From Candidatus Pacearchaeota archaeon (GTDB lineage Archaea; Nanobdellota; Nanobdellia; Pacearchaeales; GW2011-AR1), in assembly GCA_040879765.1 (NCBI GenBank), contig JBBDJQ010000001.1:271747-335746 (forward strand): a stretch of 64,000 bases of DNA, given 5' to 3'. The notes beneath the pieces were generated by a model that was not told the DNA's origin, did no database searches, and was given only the letters and a program-made list of their open reading frames with translations. Position 1 is the stretch's first letter, and each line of letters begins with the position of its first letter. Made by a program: the position numbers and the translations under genes. Below are positions 9,581 through 18,726 of the stretch, in pieces.

Positions 9581-10537
9581 TTACTTTCCTAAACCCGCTA
9601 AGACAAAACTTGCAAGAAGAGCTTGTATTTGAATAAAAGGGTCTGAGCCTTCAACCATTCTGAATTCAGTTTCACCAGTTTTTTCTGTTAATCTAACTTT
9701 TAATTCTGGTTCAACAGGTAATTCCCAGATTTCTTTTTGAATCATTTTTATTACCTCTTCCCCAGATATACTCTCTTTTAACATTAGGTCAAGTATTTTT
9801 TCTTTTGAATTTTGAAAATCCCCTGAAAGAGCATAATCTAAAGCTACCCGGATTTCTTTTGGTCTAGCGGAAGATAACATTGTTGAAATTAAATCAGTTG
9901 TAATATTTGTTGAAATTGATGCAGTTGATTGCAAGATGTTTATACATTTTCTACAATCTCCCTCACTGCCTTCGTAAAGCATCTCTGTTGCCTCTGGACT
10001 TATTGTAAGTCTTTCCATCTCACAGATTCTTTTTATTATACTTTCAATATCTTTTTTTTCTAATAGTCTGAATCTAAAAACAGCACAACGAGATTGGATT
10101 GGGTCAATGATTTTGCTTGAGTAATTACAAGACATGATGAATCGACAAGTTTTAGAATAGTTTTCCATGGTTCTCCTCAAAGCTTGTTGAGCTTCTGGAG
10201 TTAGGGCATCTGCTTCATCTAAGAATATTATTTTGAATGGTACAGAACCAATTGATTTTGTTCTCGCAAAATTTTTAACTTTCTCTCTAACAATTTGGAT
10301 TCCTCTTTCATCAGAAGCATTTAGTTCAAGGTAATTGTCCTTCCATGTGCTCCCATACAGTTCTTTAACAACAACTAAAGCCAAAGTAGATTTTCCTGTT
10401 CCAGCAGGTCCCGCAAAAAGTAAATGTGGAATGTTTAAGGAATTAGTTAAGGATCTAACACGTTTTATTATTTCTTCTTGTCCGACAATGTCTGAAAATT
10501 TCTCAGGGCGATATTTTTCTGTCCAAATTTCACTCAT
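9581..10537 (-). CDS. rfcS: Replication factor C small subunit
   Basis: WTEKYRP, GPAGTGKST, LELNASDERG, LDEADALT, PIQSRC. Confidence 0.97.
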   Translation of the reverse strand: MSEIWTEKYRPEKFSDIVGQEEIIKRVRSLTNSLNIPHLLFAGPAGTGKSTLALVVVKELYGSTWKDNYLELNASDERGIQIVREKVKNFARTKSIGSVPFKIIFLDEADALTPEAQQALRRTMENYSKTCRFIMSCNYSSKIIDPIQSRCAVFRFRLLEKKDIESIIKRICEMERLTISPEATEMLYEGSEGDCRKCINILQSTASISTNITTDLISTMLSSARPKEIRVALDYALSGDFQNSKEKILDLMLKESISGEEVIKMIQKEIWELPVEPELKVRLTEKTGETEFRMVEGSDPFIQIQALLASFVLAGLGK

Positions 10538-10754
10538 GTGGGATTAATCTCCTCTGAACTTATAAAGATTGTTGTGGGAAAGAATTAGTTTGTTCAATTT
10601 GATTTTCCAATTTTCCATAACAACTCCTCTTTGGGAATTTTGACAGGAATATTTTACCTATAAATTCTTTAATTTTTTATTATCTCCCTTTTTCATAACT
10701 AAAGTTCAGGAAATTTTACTTTCAAGATACCCTAAAATTTCCGCAGAATCATTC

Positions 10755-11042
10755 TCATTCATGCAATACTTTCCTCCCATTAGATTCTATTATTTCTGCC
10801 ATTTCCTCTAAATCTTTTTCCTCTAAAGTATTATTTTTTCCGTAAAATCTGCAATTTCTGCTCAGGTAGTCAAGAGCATCAGCAATCTTCTCTCCATAAA
10901 TTCTAATAATATTTTTTTCAATTTCTGAGAAAGTTCTTATATTTCCGGGATTAATTTTTATCTGTTCAATTGAATCCATCCTATCTCTTTCTTTAGCGCG
11001 CATGAGATATTCAAGAAATAATTCTCCATTTTCATATGCCAT
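10755..11042 (-). CDS. Hypothetical protein
   Basis: 95-aa ORF with plausible composition. Confidence 0.55.
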   Translation of the reverse strand: MAYENGELFLEYLMRAKERDRMDSIEQIKINPGNIRTFSEIEKNIIRIYGEKIADALDYLSRNCRFYGKNNTLEEKDLEEMAEIIESNGRKVLHE

Positions 11043-11102
11043 AAAAAACCTATAGAAAATCTCTTTTTATCTTTTATTGCACTTAGAAATATATCATGAA
11101 AC

Positions 11103-11219
11103 TTACTTGCTTCTAGCCCTTCTTAGTCTTCTCTTTCTTTTCTCTTTCTTTAGCCTTTTACGTTGCCATTTCCAACGCATTTGCCATCGCTTTTTCCAAC
11201 GTCTTGATGATCTTTTCAT
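11103..11219 (-). CDS. rpl41e: Ribosomal protein eL41 (L41e/eS32), 38 aa; absent from ORF track
   Basis: MKRSSRRWKKRWQMRWKWQRKRLKKEKRKRRLRRARSK; MRWKW..KR core typical of archaeal L41e. Confidence 0.85.
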   Translation of the reverse strand: MKRSSRRWKKRWQMRWKWQRKRLKKEKRKRRLRRARSK

Positions 11220-11282
11220 TTTTGAATTCGTATTATTTTTTGATAAAGAAGTCTGGAGAAATTTGTTTATAAAGCTTTTGAG

Positions 11283-11765
11283 TTACCGAGATTGAGTTAG
11301 GGCTCTTTGTAAGCCTTTGCTGCCTGCCCTTCTATTAGAATTACAATTTGGGGAAATCATTGGCAAGGCAGTTTCTCGTAAGGTTTTATATCCGAAGAAG
11401 GTTTCATCGATGACTTGGTCTAAGTCGTATTCTACATAAAGGATTTTGTTTTTTACATCAAGGACAGCATTTGGGGGCAGATGCTCTTTCATGTTGCAGG
11501 ACTTAGATAGGAACTGATATTCTCCTTCACTCCCTTCACCTTTATCTTCTTGAGTACTTCTAATATCTATTTCACCTATGATTCTTTTTTTGCCTGTAAT
11601 CTTGTCTTTGACCCATAATCCAAAGTATCCTATTGATTCTCCTATTCTTTCAGGAAGCCTGTCTCCGACCTGTCTTATTTCCTTATAATCGTTTTGCATA
11701 TCTGGATTTGAAACACATCCTCCCAATGTTAAGGATGAAAGTAAAACGATTTCTCTTAATTTCAT
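11283..11765 (-). CDS. Putative lipoprotein
   Basis: N-terminal lipobox-like LTLGGC. Confidence 0.6.
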   Translation of the reverse strand: MKLREIVLLSSLTLGGCVSNPDMQNDYKEIRQVGDRLPERIGESIGYFGLWVKDKITGKKRIIGEIDIRSTQEDKGEGSEGEYQFLSKSCNMKEHLPPNAVLDVKNKILYVEYDLDQVIDETFFGYKTLRETALPMISPNCNSNRRAGSKGLQRALTQSR

Positions 11766-11832
11766 AAGGTTTCTGAAAACCTAGTTGTATAAAAAAGAAT
11801 ATCTTGTGGAAAATATATTTTGGAAAGTATAA

Positions 11833-12141
11833 TTAATCTTTAACTTCAATCTTTATGCTTACATTCTTTGGGATTTGAAGCCTCATGATGTTGTGAAGAA
11901 TTTTATCGTTTGCTGGAAGATCTATGAGTCTTTTGTGAATCCTCATTTCAAATCTATCAAATGTGGCTGTTCCGTCTCCACAAGGGGATTTTCTTGTTGT
12001 AACTTTGAGTTTCTTTGTTGGTAAAGGAACAGGGCCTCTAATCGCAACACCTGATTTTTTAGCCATCTCTTTTATAGAATTCACAATATTGTTAAGCATA
12101 TTTATGTCCACGCTGTTCAATTTTATTCTTACGTTTGGCAT
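11833..12141 (-). CDS. rpsJ: 30S ribosomal protein uS10
   Basis: GPVPLPTKKL..TTRKSPCGDG...FEMRIHKRLID. Confidence 0.97.
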   Translation of the reverse strand: MPNVRIKLNSVDINMLNNIVNSIKEMAKKSGVAIRGPVPLPTKKLKVTTRKSPCGDGTATFDRFEMRIHKRLIDLPANDKILHNIMRLQIPKNVSIKIEVKD

Positions 12142-12187
12142 GGTTATTTTTTGTTAATTTTGTTTTTAAATGTTTCTCACGCCAGAA

Positions 12188-12847
12188 CTAGGATTCTTCA
12201 TTTTTTTCATTGTCTGTTTCATCCTTTAAATCTAAGGATGTGAAAATCAAGTCCATCATTCTTAAAATTAATTCAAGACTTATTATGAAAATAAAGAATA
12301 CAAATAATTCGTTAAACGTGAATGAGACTCTTTGAAATTGTGAGATAAGTCTTTCTATTGAGAAGAAGCCAGGAGTTAGAAGAGAAACTGCCAAGAGTGT
12401 GAAGGGAATTAATTTTGCAATATCTTCTGAAAGTTTTTTTCTGTAATATGAAGTTAATCTTATTGCAGTTATTACAGTTGCTGAAATTAAGAGCAAGGTT
12501 CCGATTGCTAAATCTTCAGTTAATAGAATTAAGAAAATTGTGAATACAGAAAACCAAATGAAAATTAAAATTGGGAAGATAATTAGGTATTCAAGAATGT
12601 AGATTAGGAATGCTAGTCCTTTTGTGAGAGTTTGGTCTTGTGAAGTATTGTATTGACTTAGATTTGATTCAAATAAATTCTTTTTTGAAATTGTGTTATA
12701 GAACTTCCAAATGAATATTGCATATAATCCAACCAAAATTACTATGAGGATGAAATTTGTAAATTGTTCTGCTAATGGAGGAAGTGATGAGCTAATTGCA
12801 GTGTACGAATTTAAAATATCAACCCCTAAATCCCCGAATAATCCCAT
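12188..12847 (-). CDS. Multi-pass membrane protein
   Basis: About 5 hydrophobic helices. Confidence 0.75.
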   Translation of the reverse strand: MGLFGDLGVDILNSYTAISSSLPPLAEQFTNFILIVILVGLYAIFIWKFYNTISKKNLFESNLSQYNTSQDQTLTKGLAFLIYILEYLIIFPILIFIWFSVFTIFLILLTEDLAIGTLLLISATVITAIRLTSYYRKKLSEDIAKLIPFTLLAVSLLTPGFFSIERLISQFQRVSFTFNELFVFFIFIISLELILRMMDLIFTSLDLKDETDNEKNEES

Positions 12848-12925
12848 GAATAGTATTGTATTTTTTCGTTTATAAATTTTTTATGTTTGCTATAAATTTA
12901 AATATTGTTTTTGATATTTGATAAG

Positions 12926-14266
12926 ATGATTGATATAAAGTTATTAAGAGAAAACCCTGAAAAAATTAAGGAAGATTTGAAAAAGAGATTTAAGAAAGAG
13001 AAGGTTGCTTTGGTTGATAAAATAATTAAGTTGGATAAAGATTGGAGAGGAACAAAATACAAAGCAGACGGATTGAGGTCTGAAAGAAATAAAATTTCTG
13101 TTGAGATAAGTAAAGCAAAAAAGACCCAAGATTCTAAGGAAGCTGATGAACTTTTGAAAAAGGCGAAGGAAATTCCTGGAAAGATGCAAAAGCTTGAGGA
13201 GCAAGAAAAAAAATTAAGTAAAGAAATTGAAAATTTGCTTCTTGGAATTCCAAATCCATTACATGAATCTGTTCCAATTGGCAAAGATGAAAGTAAGAAC
13301 CCTGTTATAAGAAAATGGGGGGTTCCAAAAAAACCAAGTTTTGAAATTGAAAATCATTCCGAACTAATAGAATCTCTTGGGTTGGCAGATTTTGAAGCCG
13401 GCAGAAAAAATGCAGGACAAGGATTTAATTATTTGAAAGGGCAGATGGCAGAATTAGACTTGGCATTACAAAGATATGGTTTGGATTTTTTGATTAAGAA
13501 AGGATTTACTCCTATTGTTCCACCCATGATGTTGAACTTTGAAACTCTTGTTGGGGTTTTGAATGGCTTAGAAGATTTTGAAGAGGTTATTTACAAAATT
13601 GATGGAGAAGATTTGTATTTAATTGGAACTGCCGAGCACACTTTAGCTTCTATGTTAAAAAATAAAACTTTGAGGAAAGAGGATTTGCCTTTGAAATTTT
13701 GTGCTGCAACCCCTTGTTTTAGAAAAGAAATTGGAAGTCACGGAGTTGATACAAAGGGTTTGTTTAGAATGCACCAATTCAATAAAGTTGAACAGGTTGT
13801 TTTTTCAAATCCAAAAGATTCATTCAAACTCTTGGAAGAAATGCAAAAAATTACAGAAGAATTTTTAAAATCTTTGAAAATCCCTTATAGAGTTATAGAA
13901 ATTTGTTCTGGGGATTTGGGAAATAAGTTTGCTAAACAATATGATATTGAATCTTGGAGTCCAAGGCAAGGGAAGTACACAGAAATTACTTCTGCTGGAA
14001 ATTGCACTGATTTCCAATCAAGAGCCTTAGGAATCAAATTTCAAGACAAAAATGAAAAAGATTTTGTTCATGTTTTGAATAATACCATGGTTGCAACTTC
14101 TAGGGCGATGGTAGCAATAATTGAAAATAATCAAATGAAAGACAAAAGTATAAAAATCCCTCTTCCTCTTAGAAAATATATGGGAAATAAAGAAGCGATT
14201 ACGCATACGCATCGCGAAGAAAAAGAAAAGAAAAAAGCCATTAAATTGGATAAAAATAAAAAATGA
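12926..14266 (+). CDS. serS: Seryl-tRNA synthetase
   Basis: N-terminal coiled coil, LIGTAEH, CFRKEIGSHG..GLFRMHQFNKVEQ, EITSAGNCTDFQ. Confidence 0.97.
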   Translation: MIDIKLLRENPEKIKEDLKKRFKKEKVALVDKIIKLDKDWRGTKYKADGLRSERNKISVEISKAKKTQDSKEADELLKKAKEIPGKMQKLEEQEKKLSKEIENLLLGIPNPLHESVPIGKDESKNPVIRKWGVPKKPSFEIENHSELIESLGLADFEAGRKNAGQGFNYLKGQMAELDLALQRYGLDFLIKKGFTPIVPPMMLNFETLVGVLNGLEDFEEVIYKIDGEDLYLIGTAEHTLASMLKNKTLRKEDLPLKFCAATPCFRKEIGSHGVDTKGLFRMHQFNKVEQVVFSNPKDSFKLLEEMQKITEEFLKSLKIPYRVIEICSGDLGNKFAKQYDIESWSPRQGKYTEITSAGNCTDFQSRALGIKFQDKNEKDFVHVLNNTMVATSRAMVAIIENNQMKDKSIKIPLPLRKYMGNKEAITHTHREEKEKKKAIKLDKNKK

Positions 14267-14520
14267 ATTTAGATAAGGTTAGGTTTGGGATTGCAGGAGG
14301 AGTTGCTGCTTTTGTTTTCATCCTTTTTATGGAAGTTGTGGCTTGGTTTACCCTGGTTCCAATTTATGCTCAAATGGCGAATGTTTATGGGGTTTATTCC
14401 GCTTTTAGCGTTTTGAAAATATTTTTCTTGACTCTTGTGATTTCTTTCGTTGTTGGTTTTGCTGTATGTTGGGTTTTTGCCTGGACTTACAACAAGCTTT
14501 TGAAGGTCAAAGTCAAGTAA
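14263..14520 (+). CDS. Small membrane protein
   Basis: Two TM helices; ATGA overlap with serS stop. Confidence 0.7.
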   Translation: MNLDKVRFGIAGGVAAFVFILFMEVVAWFTLVPIYAQMANVYGVYSAFSVLKIFFLTLVISFVVGFAVCWVFAWTYNKLLKVKVK

Positions 14521-14567
14521 TAATCGAGAACATAAATTCTTATAAATTTCTTTTTTGTTGATTTTTT

Positions 14568-14819
14568 ATGCAGGTTAAAACCAAGAAGCAGAATGCTGAT
14601 GGAAGTGTTAGGCTTGAGACTTCTGGCGAGATAAAAGAGATTTTGATTAATGAAGATTTTATGAATCCAAACAATGCTTCCGTTTCTCTTTGCTTTAGAG
14701 GAAAAAATAGCTCTGGAATTATTGAATTAAGTGCTAAGGAAATTGAATCCATAAGCAAACAGATTTCTCCGAGTTTGCATCTTTTGAGAGATGTAAAGGT
14801 GATGAAGTTTAAGAAGTAA
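14568..14819 (+). CDS. Hypothetical protein
   Basis: 83-aa ORF with TATA-like TTATAAA ~25 nt upstream. Confidence 0.7.
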   Translation: MQVKTKKQNADGSVRLETSGEIKEILINEDFMNPNNASVSLCFRGKNSSGIIELSAKEIESISKQISPSLHLLRDVKVMKFKK

Positions 14820-14868
14820 ATTTTCTATTGAGTAAGTTTTAAAAACGAATTGGGATATTAGGATTTAT

Positions 14869-14940
14869 GCCTCGGTAGTTTAATGGCTAGAACATAAGCC
14901 TGTCGCGCTTAAGACCCGGGTTCGATTCCCGGTCGAGGCG
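14869..14940 (+). tRNA. tRNA-Asp(GTC)
   Basis: Acceptor GCCTCGG/TCGAGGC, anticodon arm TAAGC-CT-GTC-GC-GCTTA, T-loop TTCGATT. Confidence 0.95.
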
Positions 14941-15009
14941 TCGGCACTTCGGTGCCTTGTCACTTGTCTGCCCGAGCAAGGTCGAACGAGGGTGTTTTGG
15001 AGTAAGAAG

Positions 15010-15162
15010 ATGAGAATAAGAAAGTTAAGAGATAAAGGAAGTGTTTTTGGTTCAGGACATAAAAAAGAATGGTATAAATTTCGTAGGTGGATTGTAGAAA
15101 TAATAGTTTTTTTAGCATTAGTTCTTTTAGCATTAGTTCTTTGTGCCGTAATTATTTTTTAG
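15010..15162 (+). CDS. Small tail-anchored membrane peptide (50 aa)
   Basis: MRIRKLRDKG...WIVEIIVFLALVLLALVLCAVIIF; short internal tandem duplication TTAGCATTAGTTCTT. Confidence 0.45.
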   Translation: MRIRKLRDKGSVFGSGHKKEWYKFRRWIVEIIVFLALVLLALVLCAVIIF

Positions 15163-15196
15163 AAAAATCTAAAAATAGTTTATTCTTTTACAAAAT

Positions 15197-15436
15197 ATGG
15201 TTAAAGTTACTTATTGCGACAGATGTAAAAAAGAAATAAAAAGAAAAGATAGAGATTCATTTGGAGAGGTCTTTGATGATGAGGATTGGGATGACAAGTT
15301 CAATTTTTCTAATAGCTTTTCAGGATTAAATAAAGCCGAGAAGTACCATCTGTGTGATGGGTGTAAGAGAGGATATAATAAGATAATAAACAAAACCAAT
15401 AAGGAATTGAAGAAATTTATAAAAAAAGATAATTGA
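15197..15436 (+). CDS. Small zinc-finger protein
   Basis: CDRC ... HLCDGC. Confidence 0.7.
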   Translation: MVKVTYCDRCKKEIKRKDRDSFGEVFDDEDWDDKFNFSNSFSGLNKAEKYHLCDGCKRGYNKIINKTNKELKKFIKKDN

Positions 15437-15529
15437 CTTCTCAAACTCTTACGGCGTGGGGGTTTGTTCTTTTATTCTTATAGGAAGGCAGTTACATAAT
15501 CTTTTAAAGCCTGATTTCGTGTATGATAT

Positions 15530-16192
15530 ATGAAGGCATTTACAATTTTGACTGCTATGTTGATAGTTTTTTCAGCATTTGTGGTTGCTCAGACAGAATC
15601 TGATTTAGGTTCTCCTGGAATTACTCCTGATAGTCCATTTTATTTTTTAGATAGACTGTTTGATGGACTTCAATCTGATGAAGCAAGAGCGGATGAAAAG
15701 GCTGCAGAAGTTTTAGCGATGGCAAGAGAGTCTAAGAATGAAGATGCGGAAAGGGCTCTAGAGCTTTATATGAAATCATTAGAGAACCTTGATGAAGACG
15801 CCTCAGATGATGAAGATCTTGCTGCAAGAGTTGCCGAAAAGACTTCAACACATCTAGTTGTTTTATCTGGAGTTTTAGAACAAGTTCCTGAGCAAGCTAA
15901 GGGTTCAATAGAAAGAGCTCTTGAAGAAAGTGCGAGAGGAAGAGAAGCATCATTAGATGCTTTAAGAAGTATTAATCCTTCAAGAGGTGAACAAGTAGCA
16001 TCTGAAACTTTGACAAGAGTCATGGCTAATACTCCTTTAGAAGCTCAAGAAGGGCTTCAGATGGCATTTCAAAGTATAGGAAAAGGTGATGAACTTTCAG
16101 AAGCTAGAGAGGAAGCTGGCTTACCAGAGATTGAAGAAGTACCAGATACAAGTGATGAAATTGAGATTCCAGAAATACAAATACGAGCTTGA
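15530..16192 (+). CDS. Secreted helical protein (DUF5667-like)
   Basis: Signal peptide; PGITPDSPFYFLD motif. Confidence 0.7.
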   Translation: MKAFTILTAMLIVFSAFVVAQTESDLGSPGITPDSPFYFLDRLFDGLQSDEARADEKAAEVLAMARESKNEDAERALELYMKSLENLDEDASDDEDLAARVAEKTSTHLVVLSGVLEQVPEQAKGSIERALEESARGREASLDALRSINPSRGEQVASETLTRVMANTPLEAQEGLQMAFQSIGKGDELSEAREEAGLPEIEEVPDTSDEIEIPEIQIRA

Positions 16193-16234
16193 AAATAATA
16201 TTTCTTAGATATAATTTTTAGTTCTTTAATTTTA

Positions 16235-16783
16235 TTATATATTTAAAATTATTAACCAGAAAGCAAATACCACTATGTGTCTTAAGGCTCTTACTAATAG
16301 GATATAAGCCATTATGCTTTTTGATTTTAGTTTGAAAACTCCGGCAAGAGTTGGAAGATAGGGAACTGGAGATATCGCCATTATTCCAAGAGTTTTTCCT
16401 CCATGATTTTTGAAGAACTTTTTGTATTTTTCTACATCTTTATCACTGAAATATTTCAATATTTTTTTGCCTGAAAAATATCCCAGATAATAATAAAACA
16501 CATTTCCAACAAAAGCAGATATTAAAAATAAAAACAAAATAGTCCATGGATTCAAGGCTCCCATTGCTAAAATTGAAGCAACAGCGACACTCGGGCCAAT
16601 AAAAACTGGAGCCCCTTCCAGAATAACAACAAATAAAATCATGGCAACTAAACCAAAAGTCGCCACAATATTTGAGACTTCTTGATTCAAAACCCTGTGA
16701 TTTATTAGACTCCAAATTAAAAGAAAAATTATTATGAAATTGAGAATCCAAAATGAAATCTTCACAATATTCTTTTTATCCAT
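16235..16783 (-). CDS. DedA/VTT-domain membrane protein
   Basis: GNVFYYYLG, FFKNHGG, SPVPY..LAG. Confidence 0.75.
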   Translation of the reverse strand: MDKKNIVKISFWILNFIIIFLLIWSLINHRVLNQEVSNIVATFGLVAMILFVVILEGAPVFIGPSVAVASILAMGALNPWTILFLFLISAFVGNVFYYYLGYFSGKKILKYFSDKDVEKYKKFFKNHGGKTLGIMAISPVPYLPTLAGVFKLKSKSIMAYILLVRALRHIVVFAFWLIILNI

Positions 16784-16824
16784 AAATGAAAATAATTTTA
16801 TTGTTTAATTAATTTTTTAAGATA

Positions 16825-16975
16825 TGGAAGGGTTTAACTCCTGCGGATAAATGTGGAGTTGGAGTTAATGGAAATGCTTGGGAAACTATACTATTAAGGG
16901 CAATTAAATTAAACAACTCCTGTATGCGACAGGAGAGGAGAAAATGATGATAACTCCCTAATCTGCGACACTCTC
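16825..16975 (+). mobile_element. Relic 3' end of a DDE transposase (IS6/ISNCY-like) with possible right end
   Basis: Startless frame 16825-16947 reads KGLTPADKCGVGVNGNAWETILLRAIK, resembling the GxTPAE..GI...N.W..LI..A C-terminus of archaeal transposases; followed by TGCGACACTCTC. Confidence 0.45.
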
Positions 16976-17018
16976 ATCACCCAATAACCTTATAAAGCTA
17001 AAAAATTGCTAATTATAT

Positions 17019-17116
17019 AGCAAATGTTGCGAGTCTTGAGCTATTGTCTCTAGTGACTTGCGCTCAAGAATGTTTCTTGAAGTCATTGTTAGTGCCTTTA
17101 TTGGCTAAATTAAAAA
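17019..17116 (+). promoter_or_regulatory. Structured ~100-nt 5' leader of the DEAD-box helicase gene
   Basis: TATA-like TTATAAA ~16990; competing stems TCTTGAGC/GCTCAAGA and TCAAGAA/TTCTTGA. Confidence 0.5.
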
Positions 17117-18571
17117 ATGGAAAAATTTACAAAATTAGGTTTAAGAAAAGAATTAGCTGAAAGCCTAGTTAGGCTTGGATTTACAGAACCTTCTGAAATT
17201 CAGGAAAAGGTAATTCCTGCAGGTTTGGAAGGAAAAGATATAATCGGCGGCTCGGCTACAGGAAGTGGAAAAACATTAGCCTTTGCTTCAGTTATTTTAG
17301 AAAGAATAAAACCTTACAAACATATTCAAGCATTGGTTTTAACTCCAACAAGAGAACTTGCTGAACAAGTCGCTGGTTCCATAAGACAATTTGATACTAC
17401 AAAGCAACTAAATGTTCTAGCAGTTTATGGTGGAGCAAGAATCGAGCAACAAATAAGAAAGCTTGCCCATACAGATATTTTGGTTGGAACTCCTGGAAGA
17501 ATTTTAGATCATTTAAGCCGAAGAACATTGAATCTAAGCGATGTTAAGTTTTTGGTTTTGGATGAAGTGGATAGATTATTTGACATGGGTTTCAGTAAGG
17601 ATGTTGAAAAAATAATTGCCGAAGTCCCAAAAGAAAGACAGACACTTATGTTCTCTGCAACAATTTCTCAAGAAATGGATTACTTTGGAAAGAAATATAC
17701 TAAAAATCCTGTTGAAGTTTCTCTGAAATCTCAGGTTGACCCATTAAAACTAAAACAGGTTTATTATGATGTTATGCAAAATAAAAAATTTGCTTTGCTT
17801 GTAACCTTGCTTAAACACGAAGATGCAAATTTAGTTATGGTTTTCTGTAATACAAGAAGAAATGCAGATTTTATAACGCAGAATTTAATTCATTCTGGAA
17901 TTGATGCAAAATCCATTCACGGAGGTATAGAACAGAAAAAGAGAATTCAAGTTCTTGAGCAATTTCACAAAAACAAACTTGGAGTTTTGGTTTGTACAGA
18001 TGTTGCAGCAAGAGGGTTGGACATAAAAGGAGTTACTCACGTTTACAATTATGATGTTCCTGGAGAGTTGAATGAATACGTACACAGAATTGGAAGAACT
18101 GCAAGAGCTGGAGAAGAGGGAATAGCAATAACAATCCTTTCTTCAAGAGATTATGAAAATTTTAGAAATTTAATGAGAGGAGAAGATGTAAATATAACTT
18201 CGGCAAAATTACCCCACATAGACTATGTATCTTTAAAACCCGAATCAACAAGAAATGGAAGGTTCAATAGAAATTATCCCAGAGGCGGAAGTTCTAGCAG
18301 TTCAAGGGATGGAAGAAGCAGGGACAGAGATTCGTCTAGGGGCAGAAATTATGGTAATAGGGGAAGGAGTTCCAGCAGTTCAAGAGAAGGAAGTAGATTT
18401 GGAAACAGAGATTCAAGTCCAAGAGGCAGAAATTATGGAAGAAGCAGGGATGGAGATTCCTCTAGAAGAGGTTATGGAAACAGAGATTCAAGCTCAAGAA
18501 GAGATTCTCCGAGAGGAAGAAGACCTATGAGGGTTCCAATGATTAGAAGAGGGCCTAGTAGAAGAAGGTAA
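17117..18571 (+). CDS. deaD: DEAD-box RNA helicase with R/G/S-rich disordered tail
   Basis: Q motif, ATGSGKT, PTRELA, TPGR, DEVD, SAT, ARGLD, HRIGRTAR. Confidence 0.95.
   Translation: MEKFTKLGLRKELAESLVRLGFTEPSEIQEKVIPAGLEGKDIIGGSATGSGKTLAFASVILERIKPYKHIQALVLTPTRELAEQVAGSIRQFDTTKQLNVLAVYGGARIEQQIRKLAHTDILVGTPGRILDHLSRRTLNLSDVKFLVLDEVDRLFDMGFSKDVEKIIAEVPKERQTLMFSATISQEMDYFGKKYTKNPVEVSLKSQVDPLKLKQVYYDVMQNKKFALLVTLLKHEDANLVMVFCNTRRNADFITQNLIHSGIDAKSIHGGIEQKKRIQVLEQFHKNKLGVLVCTDVAARGLDIKGVTHVYNYDVPGELNEYVHRIGRTARAGEEGIAITILSSRDYENFRNLMRGEDVNITSAKLPHIDYVSLKPESTRNGRFNRNYPRGGSSSSSRDGRSRDRDSSRGRNYGNRGRSSSSSREGSRFGNRDSSPRGRNYGRSRDGDSSRRGYGNRDSSSRRDSPRGRRPMRVPMIRRGPSRRR
18290..18520 (+). repeat. Imperfect coding repeats in helicase tail
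   Basis: GGCAGAAATTATGG x2 and GGAAACAGAGATTCAAG x2, giving RGRNYG / GNRDSS repeats. Confidence 0.7.
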
Positions 18572-18726
18572 TTAGAAAGTTTTAAGTAGTTTTTTCTTTG
18601 GATATGAGCATCGCGATATTGAAGCGAAGCATTTTTCTTATACTAAAAAGGGAGAGCAAAGAAATCATAGAGCACTTATTTTTGGTTCTAGATAAAATTT
18701 AAAAACTCATTCAACTTTTTTTTAAT

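Noticed and set aside
16820..16980. SRP or RNase P RNA
   Set aside because: Lacks SRP helix-8 and RNase P P4 signatures; better explained as a transposase relic
18255..18530. 91-aa acidic alternative-frame ORF inside the helicase
   Set aside because: Explained by low-complexity purine-rich repeats in the RGS tail; no independent start signal
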